A stretch of 64,000 nucleotides of DNA, taken from contig OZ024742.1 in NCBI GenBank assembly GCA_964016885.1, forward strand, positions 68,820,001 to 68,884,000. Reading direction: 5' to 3'. The notes under the pieces were generated by a model. It did no database searches and was not told the origin of the DNA. It saw nothing but the letters and a program-made list of their open reading frames with translations. A program made the position numbers and the translations under genes. The stretch is from Eledone cirrhosa (taxonomy: Eukaryota). Positions 54,601 through 64,000 of this stretch are shown in pieces; within the stretch, counting starts at the first letter, position 1; each line of letters begins with the position of its first letter.

Positions 54601-54975
54601 ATGAATCTGCGAGCTACCAAGCACCCACGTGAAGCGCCAACCCAGAGACCCTCCCCTACGAGTGTCGACAAATGCCCAAAACTCCGAGTTGGTACCATCA
54701 ATGTAGGCTCAATGAAAGGAAGAGCAGGAGAAATCGTAGAAATGCTAGAGCGAAAGGAAATTGACGTATGCTGTGTGCAAGAGACAAGATGGAGAGGAGA
54801 ATCTGCCAGAGTCCTCGTAGGAAAAAGTCGGTGCTACAAATTTTTCTGGGTGGGAAATGACGATGGGATGGGTGGTGTAGGTATACTACTAGCTGACAAG
54901 TGGGTAGATAAAGTAATCTCAGTGTACAGGATAAACGCAAGAATCATTAAACTCAGACTAGCCCTGAATAAAACA
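54601..54975 (+). mobile_element. RTE LINE 5' fragment (APE endonuclease start)
   Basis: LRVGTINVGSMKGR..DVCCVQETRWRG..GGVGILL. Confidence 0.88.
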
Positions 54976-54984
54976 ATGATGAAT

Positions 54985-56395
54985 GGTGATTATCTTTCAA
55001 ATACAAACTTAAAAGAACCAACACGGCTCTCTCAGAACTCATATGGTCCTTGAAAGACAAAAACATTAAATATACCATCTTTTGGAAGAAGGTTTCTTCT
55101 GCATCCTCATACTTGAACAGCTCTCTATCTAAAATCTGTAATCTCTGCCTAAATGAAAAATTTACCATTATCTCTAATCTAGATTCTATAATAAATAGAC
55201 GTACAGATTTGTTTTCTATCTGCCTGCATAAATTCCATAGGACTTTTCACAAAGTATACAGTTAATATTCAATTCTTTATCAATTTAGAATCTTTTCTCA
55301 AAGGCACATATACATACACCTCTTTAAAATACACCCATCTTCCTACCTTACTTCAAAGGGCATTATACACTCTATAATACTTGTTTACTCATTACCCTCT
55401 TTCTATCTTCACCTTGTAAAATCCTTCATAACATATACATTTGTTTTTTTGACGTTAGAATATTCATCCGCAATTATTATTATTTTTTTCTCTCTATCAT
55501 AAAACTTTTTAATCTCAATTTCATCCTTAATTTATTATTTTTTTTCTCCCCATCAACGAACTCATTCTTAATACATATTAACTCTTTATTCGCACATATT
55601 ATCAATTCCTTCAATATACAAACTTTAACTTCACATTATTTTTCTCAAATCCTTCTACACACAAACCTTAATAATTTTTTCTCTTCGTTAATTTTGAAAT
55701 TGCCACAATACTTATCAACATACACTTTTTTTGACGTTAGAATATTCATCCACAATTATTATTTTTTCTCTCTATCTTCATACATAAATTCCCTTCGTTA
55801 ATTTTCAAATTCTTTTAATTTATACATTATCTTCCAACGGTTCTCAACCTCTCTATGTAAAACAATATATCTTTTCTCAGTTATAAAAACTATCTCTTTC
55901 TCTCTATCACCCATCTCTCCCTCTCCACCTTCACTCTCATCTCCTCCCCCTTTTTTCACCCCCCCCCTCCCTAAATAAAATATTTTTTCCTCGTACATAT
56001 CTTCCCTTCGTTAATTTTCAAATTCTTTTAATTTATACATTATCTTCCAACGGTTTTCAACCTCTCTATGTAAAACAATATATCTTCTCTCAGTTATAAA
56101 AACTATCTCTTTCTCTCTATCACCCATCTCTCCCTCTCATCTCCTCCCCTTTTTCATCCTTTCCACCCCCCCTCTCTAAATAAAATATTTTTCCCAATAT
56201 CACACATCAATCTAAAACCACTTTTCATATGTTGATTTAAAACTGCACTATCCACAAGTGTTTTTTAGCCTTCATATCATGTTCTCCTGTTTTATCTGAT
56301 GAAAACACAAATATTATTGCATGATGATGTTTGTTTTTGAAATGCGCATAATAAAATACATGGAACTCCTTTAACCATCTTTTGATCTTATATTA
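54985..56395 (+). mobile_element. Penelope-like element 3' end (GIY-YIG C-terminus plus hammerhead-bearing pLTR)
   Basis: KICNLCLNEKFTII..IINRRTDLFSICLHK, then internal duplications (about 55780-55995 and 56000-56195) and a hammerhead at 56281-56366. Confidence 0.82.
56281..56366 (+). ncRNA. Intact type I hammerhead ribozyme in a Penelope pLTR
   Basis: TTTTAT-CTGATGA(56296)-long stem II-GAAA(56339)-TGCGCA-TA^ATAAAA. Helix III ATGCGCAT is palindromic. Confidence 0.85.
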
Positions 56396-56508
56396 TATTA
56401 TATATATATGTATAGAAAAAAAGATGAAATCGAAAATACAACTGGAGACTTATTTAATAAAAATATATATATATTTAAAAAAATAAGACTCCAGTTGCAT
56501 TTTCGATT

Positions 56509-56618
<110 letters not shown>

Positions 56619-56809
56619 TTTATATATATATATATCACATAAGAAACGGAGAAACAGTGGTGCGACGAATAAAATTTATTAGACATATTACGATATGTCT
56701 AATACATTTTATTCATCGCACCACTGATTCTCCGTTTCTTATGTGATATTATACTCTGTGATATTATACTCTGCTGCTCAAACGGCCTACCGCTTACGCA
56801 TCCCACACC

Positions 56810-56875
<66 letters not shown>

Positions 56876-56931
56876 ATATATATATATGTATTTGTATATA
56901 TATATTTGTATATATATATGTATGTATATAT

Positions 56932-57085
<154 letters not shown>

Positions 57086-57713
57086 ATATATACATACATA
57101 TATATATACAAATATATATATATATATATTATTAGAAAGTGAGCTTTTTTTTACAAAATGGAAAATAACTGAGGTGTCCTACACGAGTGAAAGTATAAGG
57201 GGAAAAGATGAAATCGAAAATGCAACTGGCGTCTTTTTTTGGGGGGGGGGGGGGGGGGTTCCTTCACCGGCTTCGCAGTTCTTCTGCTTTTCAAAAGTAG
57301 AATTGAGATGGAGGGTCTGTGCTTTTTCTCACATCTGGTTGGTCTTTGAATGTTATTTCTGTTTTATATGGAAAAAAGTGGCTCGAAATGCCAGGTTTTT
57401 AAAGAAGTAATTTGGTTGGTTGGTGAATAAGTATAATAAATATCGCGCCAGTTCGCGTTACAAAGTTCTTCAAAGGGGGGTTGTGTTTTCATATATGAGT
57501 GAAGTTTGGTTGGTTGATGCAGTCACGTGAATAATCACATCAGCTTTCGCGCCAGTTTGTGTTTGAATTTCTTTTTACTTAAAAAGAGGTGGCTCACGAA
57601 GGCTTTTTTTTTTATAAATGTAATTTGATTGGTTATAAATTAAATTATGACTGTCACGTGAACAAGTATATTAAATTTCGCGCCCGTATTTTGGAATTTT
57701 GTGCCAAACAACA

Positions 57714-57895
57714 GATAATTGTTTCTACTTTTGGCACAAGGCCAGCAATTATTCCAGTGTATTACTGGTACTTTATTTTATCGACCCCGTAAGGATGAAA
57801 GGCAAAGTTAACCACGACGGGATTTGAACTCAGACCGTAAAGGGATGTAACTATGCTAGAAAGCATGTCATCCAACCCTCTACCGATACTGCCAA
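57714..57895 (-). mobile_element. tRNA-derived CORE-type SINE
   Basis: Same family as the copies at 12815, 28582 and 36660. Confidence 0.78.
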
Positions 57896-58224
57896 TAAAA
57901 GATAATGATCAAGAAAAAAGGATGGAGAGAGTAGTTTTGAGTATGACTGATGTGCTGAAATGTAATTTGATTGGTTATAAATGAAATCATGACTGTCACG
58001 TGAACAAATACATTAAATTTCGCGCTCGTTTTTGGGAATTTATTTTGTAGCCTTTTAGAGAATTTTGTGCCAAACAAAAGATAATGGTCAAGAAAAATGG
58101 GATGGGGAGAATTGTTCTGGTTCAGTGAATATGGCTGATGCGCTGGGGTGTCAGAATTCAGACTTTCTATTGAAATAAAGTAGAGATATGTATGTTTATT
58201 TGTGTGCGTGTATGTGTATGTGTA

Positions 58225-58279
<55 letters not shown>

Positions 58280-58345
58280 AGATGATTCTGTTAGTAGAAA
58301 TGGGGGAGGGACTTGTATGTGTATGAGTGTTATGTGTGTGTGTGT

Positions 58346-59637
58346 TTACCCACAATAATTATTTTACCTACCACTACCCCCAATAATTATTTTACCTACC
58401 CTTTTACCCACAATAATTATTTTACCCACAATAATCGTTTTACCTACAACTTTACTCACAACAATCATTTTACCCACCACTTTACCTTCAATAATTATTT
58501 ATTATGTGTCCAGCGATTTCTTTACTGAGATATTCTAACCACATGCTCATAATATCGGAGTTGTGATCTCTCAAATCGGAGAAGAAGCGGCTCTACCAGG
58601 AGTGACTCTCTGGTCTCTGAGTTATACACTTTATCGAGTAACGTTACTCCAAAGACCCGTCGGAGGAATCCCATTTCTGCCACTTTTATTTGCAATTGTA
58701 TTCTTTTGGTCATTACTCAAGATTCATGATCCTAGGTCAGAGTTGGCAGGAATACCAGGAAGACAGCGAGTTTGGCTTTTACACTTACCTCCCTTTCATC
58801 TGATTGCTGAATGCGGAGGCTGGTGCATTACTGCGTCAGCTTTTGCAATTCTTGCACTTAATACAGCCTCCTGCATTCTATCACTCATGAATACGGCTCC
58901 AAGATACTTGAACTTCTCTAATTGCTTCAGTAGAACTCCATTCACATGTATATAAATTTGAGGGACTTCTGTCCACCCGTCCATCACGCAATGTGTATGT
59001 GTGTTTGTGTGAATGTATGTGTGTGTAAAAGGAAGGAAAGGGATACACACATATATGTCTAACTTAAAAACAGTGACACACACACAGGTGTCTCTAATTT
59101 AAGAACGCCGACAAACTCACGCGTGCGCACATACACACACTGTCCTTAGCCCGGGCAAACATACCCTCAATTTTGGAACCGTCTGGGTTGTCCTGAATTG
59201 ATAAAAAAGTCTTGACGGCCTTACTCTGTGCTCCTGGTTTCTATTTGGGAGGGGGGGGGGGGAGTCCGTTTTTTATTTGGGGGATCCGTTTTTCATTTGG
59301 GGTGGATCCGTTTTTTATTTGGGGGGAAGGGGCGATTTCAGTTTTTTATTTGGAGGAGTCTGTTTTTTATTTGGGAGGATCCGTTTTTATTTAGGGGGGG
59401 GGGTCCGTTTTTTACCCACAATAATCATTTTACCCACCATTTTACCCACAATAATCATTTTACCCAAAATTTACCCACAATAATCATTTTAACCACCACT
59501 TTACCTACAATAATTATTTTACCCACCATTTTACCCACAATAATTATTTTACCCACAATATTACTCACAATAATCATTTTACCCACCGTTTTACCCACAA
59601 TAATCAGTTTACACACCACTTTACTCACAATAATCAT
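58346..59637. repeat. TTTTACCCAC(AATAATCA/CA) minisatellite in two blocks (58346-58500, 59411-59637), plus a ~19-bp TCCGTTTTTTATTTGGGGG array (59240-59410)
   Basis: Tandem units read directly. Confidence 0.85.
58505..58950 (-). mobile_element. Decayed RTE LINE C-terminal fragment
   Basis: EKFKYLGAVFMSD..ARIAKA and AEMGFLRRVFGVTLLDKV..ERSQLRYY. Confidence 0.8.
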
Positions 59638-60827
59638 AAGAATTTGCTGTATAGAATTCAGTTTCAACGCTTGACCGGCTCCACCCACTTTCTCATTGTT
59701 CTACAGGCAAGTTCAGCCACCGCCACTTCCCACCCACTGCCATGAAAAACTTAATTGCGTTTACAAGAAATTTTGACCAATCCTCTTGACAAATACAACC
59801 TTCCCATATAAGGAATTACCCCTTGAAAAGTTCGGCTATTTATTTACCACGCTAAAAATTCTAATTTAGTCCAGAAATAGCCGTCGAAACGGCTTGAGCT
59901 CTGCCGTCGGGGTCAAACATTTTCCTATTACCTACTCTACCACCCTAAATATTGAGTACTCTGGTGCGTTATCGTCTATCTGGTCCCTCACCACACCTTC
60001 GTTATATATATATATTTATATATATATATATATATATACATATATTATATGGAAAAGAATGAGATTTCATTTCTCACTCTTAGTACGGCTGATACTTAAA
60101 TATAAGTATGTATACGTAGATACATATATATATATACAGACGTACAGTAGTATGTATAATCATACATACATGCACACATATATATATGTACGTATGGGTT
60201 TACCGAACATTTATTATAATGTTCGGTTTGTTTGTAAACAAACAGCCCGAATTAAGCCGTACAGTGTTCGGTAACCATCATTGCCCTTTTGTTCAACACT
60301 GACAAAATAACGATGAACTAATTTCTAGCTTATTAGCTGTTACCAGCACCGTATACCTTCCTGTCAATCGATTGAACGTTTGAAAGTATATACTTTCCTT
60401 ATGCATATTAACGGCTGAGCAGCCTAATTTGCAAATCGAGTGAGTTAGTCGGCCGTGCTTACCAAAAACGATAAATGGAAAAAATGGGCAGGCAGTATGA
60501 ACAAACATCTGTGAACCAAATATACACCGCAGACCATACTCGAACAAACATTTGTGAAGCAACATCCACTAAATAATAAATGGACACCCCAGACCCGACC
60601 TGTACTGGCACTAGTGAAACAACACACATAATATAAAGATGCTAAACACCAGCATATGAACAGGCATAAAAATCCTTATGGGACTGATTGCTTGAACACC
60701 GGCCAGAGTTACTCCCCTTGCTCTGTGATAATAAAAACACATGCACAGAGGGGAAAAATGAATGATGATGTTAATTTAACTGTGAATTCCCTCCTGGGTC
60801 CTATATTGATCATTATTTTGCTTTCCA

Positions 60828-60868
60828 TGCCCTTGATAAACCCGCTCAGGGCGAAACGTACGTAGGCG
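60828..60868 (+). ncRNA. Degenerate minimal hammerhead
   Basis: TGCC-CTTGATAA-ACCC GCTCA GGGC-GAAA-CGTACG-TA-GGCG. Helix III ACGTACGT is palindromic; the 5' core is mutated. Confidence 0.6.
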
Positions 60869-60984
60869 CACTATTATATAAACATGTTTTAATGGTTTTA
60901 AACTCTTTGTATTCATTTCCTTTATATATATATATATATTAATTCAAAATATTAACAAAATAGATATTCTTGTGATCAATTATA

Positions 60985-61047
60985 TTTTATTATACATATT
61001 TCAGAGGTACTGAGTTAAGTTCAACAGTACGTCCTCATCAGATAAAA
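60985..61047 (-). ncRNA. Type I hammerhead ribozyme with intact core
   Basis: TTTTAT-CTGATGA-GGACGTACTG..CAGTACCTCT-GAAA-TATGTA-TA^ATAAAA. Confidence 0.78.
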
Positions 61048-61306
61048 AAGATGATGCATGACATACCCTGACATAGTAGATGGTTAAGATTCAGTCATGG
61101 TAGTGATTAACTTATGACAAAACTCAATATTTATACCCTAATATTGAGAACATGAGATAACATAATACAAACAATAGAGAGGGTGCGTGTAATAGAGCTT
61201 AAGAAATACATGGCATCAATATAACAGTTATAAAAAAAACTACTGGAGAAAGAGGAGGGAAAGGAAAGCATAGAGGAACCTTGAACCTTGAACCTTGTTT
61301 AACTTT

Positions 61307-61386
<80 letters not shown>

Positions 61387-61585
61387 TATATACATATATT
61401 GTATATATATTTATATATACACATATATATATATACTATATATTATATATATATTATATATATATATATTATATATATATAACTCTAGGAGAATCTCTAA
61501 AGACTGTAGTCTACTAATATACACCGTAACATCAAATACAAAACGTAAACACGTAACAGCATCACAACTACCCACACGCCAGTAT

Positions 61586-62070
61586 ATGTCCCAACAAAAC
61601 ACCAACAGACCAAAATCCCAGCCTGTCCCTAACAACATATTGAACTGCAACAAGGAACCTGCACATAGGAAGGCTTCCAAATGTAACTGCCACCTGCCAG
61701 ATAAATGCCCACTGCAGAATAGATGTCTGGAATCCACTATGGTATACCTATGCCCTATTAAGTCTGGTAATCTGGTGACTTCAAGAAACGATGGTATGTG
61801 CATCGACACTCCATAAAAAACCGAAAACTCGATAATACAACAACGCTGCCCAATTATATCTGGCAGCTTAAGGACATTAATCAGGAATATGAAATTAGCT
61901 ATCAAATGCAAGGGCCTACAAGAATGGAATGTCCCACCGTGGACTCTGCAATATGAAGCTACTCCACATTCTGCAATATAAAAAAATGCTGCTCAATAAC
62001 AAGATCGAGCGAACAATTTTCTGTAGCCACAAAGCCGCCACTAAATTCTCTAACTACAAACCGCGACGAG
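61586..62070 (+). mobile_element. Penelope-like GIY-YIG endonuclease remnant
   Basis: KCNCHLPDKCPLQNRCLESTMVY, then after frameshifts KKRWYVHRHS..TTLPNYIWQLKD and LLNNKIE..FCSHK. Confidence 0.78.
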
Positions 62071-62127
62071 CATGGTTCGATCCGGCAATCTCATTATCCA
62101 TTCAAACCCACCCGGATATAGAATGTC

Positions 62128-62161
<34 letters not shown>

Positions 62162-62376
62162 GAATGCCATGGTTGACGGAGGCTCGGCTCTGTAAGGTAT
62201 AGTAATTTTTAACCGTTAAAACAATTGTAAATTGTTTAAAACTTGAACCAAATTGTTGATAAAGACACCCTCCTCCTCGTGAGAGGGGTCTTTCTGTCCG
62301 TTATTTGGCCCTTCGGGGTTAAATAATCAGTTATTGGGGTTTTGTACCCAAAATTTCATTTTAAACAAAAAACAAC

Positions 62377-64000
62377 ATGGCTACGAAAAAGAAATTTCAT
62401 ACGTCACTCCCACTCATTCCGTCTTCTTCTTCCTCAATCATCACTACAGCAGAGAGAAGATTGTCTCTTTCCCTCCCTTCTTTAAATGTGTCTCTCTCCC
62501 TCCCTTCTCTTTCGCAAGTGACGAAAGAAAAGAAAAGTCTCGTGCAAAGCGTGCAAGGTTTCTCCACGACGACGACGACAGCGACGAAACAGGTGTGCGG
62601 GAAATACGAAAACCCAGTTCATTCGTCTGACGTCAGGAATAATAGCAGTAGCAGCCGTAATAACAACAGCAACAGTGACAATGAAAACAACAGTAGCAGC
62701 CGCAACAGCATCACCAGCAGCATAAACAACAACAGCATTAGCAGCAGCAACACCAACAACAACCACAGCAACAGCGGCGGAGGCAGTAGTCGTAGTACCT
62801 GCAGCAACAACAAAAGTACGAGCAGCTCTGACGACAACAACAACAGCAGAGAAAAACCAATCTCATTTGCAGGTATTGCGAAAAACTTGGAAACAATCCT
62901 CATAACAAATGAGGAATTAGAGGAAGCGAAGAAGATGGTGACAAAGAACGGACACCGAGCAATCTGCAAGGCAGCGAAAAATTTTTTCGAAACCCAAGAG
63001 CACTGTACGGTCACGTACCGTACAGTAAGTACAAAATCCCGTAGGGTGGAAAGAGCCACAGAGGCCCAAATACAAAAAGCCTTGGGGTCTGTGTGGCAGC
63101 GGAAAACGCACATCACCCGAGGCAAAAAATATGCCACCGTAGACGTACTTTTTGCCACACCCCAGGAGGCAAAGGCCCAATCAGTAGTGACCCTAAGGAG
63201 CGAGGAAATGGTGTTGGTGCCCTCCTACTGTGGGCAAAAAATTGTGAGGGTCAAACTGACCCACGTCCCCCCCGGAATGACCCCTTCTTGGCTGGCCGCG
63301 TCTGTCCTCGTCGGAATCGAGGACAAAACAACTGTACTGCAAGTACAGAAAAAAGTAAGAGAAGATTGGGTCGGCTCCTCCATTGAGATGCTAATCCAAA
63401 CCAACCAGGAGTGCATCGAAGCTATCCCGGATGTGATAGACTTCGATAACGGCACTCAACTGCCCATAAGTGTTGAGGGCAAACGCCCGAAATGCTTTCG
63501 CTGTGGATCGAAGACTCACCTCAGGGCCTTCTGCAACGAGAAGACCCTGAGAAAGGAGAAAACCCCCCTCCTTCCGAATCCGGCTCCACGGCTACCAGCA
63601 ACAGGACAAGCGGCAACCAGGAACGATAGGCCCGTGGCACCCATACCCACTCCACGGAAATCAAAAACAGCAGCAGCAGTGGAAATACTAACAACAACAA
63701 CAGCAATACCAAATGCAGCTGCAACAGAGACTCCAGTGCAAACATCACCAACAACAACAAGTGAAAGAGTGGAGTTGGTACCCCTCCCCGACCTCACAGA
63801 ATCAGACATGGAGTGTGAGGTGGGAGAGAGATGGCAAAAGGTCGTAAGAAGGCACAAACGCAGAAGCAGCGCATCGTCGCCTTTGAAAAGGGAGGAAAGA
63901 AATGAGAAAAGGGTAAAGTCTACTGCAAAGAGACCCACAGCAGCAACAACACCAACACCATCACCACCCACACTAGCGCCACCATCACCACCGGCGACAA
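62377..64000 (+). CDS. Intact gag/ORF1-like protein with CCHC zinc knuckle (retroelement-type), open to the window end
   Basis: ATG at 62377 and 541 codons without a stop. Contains an Asn/Ser-rich tract, VRVKLTHVPPGM, IPDVIDF..ISVEGKRPKCFRCGSKTHLRAFC and WQKVVRRHKR. Absent from the ORF track, presumably because no stop lies in the window. Confidence 0.8.
   Translation, partial: MATKKKFHTSLPLIPSSSSSIITTAERRLSLSLPSLNVSLSLPSLSQVTKEKKSLVQSVQGFSTTTTTATKQVCGKYENPVHSSDVRNNSSSSRNNNSNSDNENNSSSRNSITSSINNNSISSSNTNNNHSNSGGGSSRSTCSNNKSTSSSDDNNNSREKPISFAGIAKNLETILITNEELEEAKKMVTKNGHRAICKAAKNFFETQEHCTVTYRTVSTKSRRVERATEAQIQKALGSVWQRKTHITRGKKYATVDVLFATPQEAKAQSVVTLRSEEMVLVPSYCGQKIVRVKLTHVPPGMTPSWLAASVLVGIEDKTTVLQVQKKVREDWVGSSIEMLIQTNQECIEAIPDVIDFDNGTQLPISVEGKRPKCFRCGSKTHLRAFCNEKTLRKEKTPLLPNPAPRLPATGQAATRNDRPVAPIPTPRKSKTAAAVEILTTTTAIPNAAATETPVQTSPTTTSERVELVPLPDLTESDMECEVGERWQKVVRRHKRRSSASSPLKREERNEKRVKSTAKRPTAATTPTPSPPTLAPPSPPAT

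Noticed and set aside
54601-55265. Apparent fusion of APE and GIY-YIG endonucleases
   Set aside because: More simply a junction of two truncated, frameshifted elements (RTE 5' part and Penelope 3' part).
62262-62293. TCCTCGT as an HDV ribozyme L3
   Set aside because: It folds as a simple hairpin; no P1/P2 partners were found in HDV order.
62482-63971. Hydrophobic minus-strand ORFs
   Set aside because: Antisense shadows of the low-complexity plus-strand ORF starting at 62377.

Overview
AT-rich, repeat-dense animal DNA. The (TA)n tracts, RTE LINEs, CORE-type SINEs and Penelope debris suggest a mollusc, probably a coleoid cephalopod (inference only). One host gene is present: ALG14 on the + strand, with five GT-AG coding exons (17449-17629, 25430-25584, 38147-38269, 41713-41772, 42503-42673; 690 nt, 229 aa). 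The rest is transposon-derived: RTE, CR1-like, CRE and Vingi LINEs, Penelope remnants, hAT, pogo and piggyBac elements, MITEs, Helitrons, SINEs, and an intact gag/ORF1-like frame running off the right end. The most striking hidden layer is a dense set of self-cleaving RNA motifs. About a dozen type I hammerhead ribozyme motifs were found by eye, several with intact cores and palindromic helix III, one of them about 0.9 kb upstream of ALG14. An HDV-like ribozyme fold starts exactly at the TSD-defined 5' end of a full-length Vingi. There is also a cloverleaf tRNA-like gene with a GGC anticodon, and many fold-back inverted repeats. All calls come from manual reading; no searches or folding programs were run.
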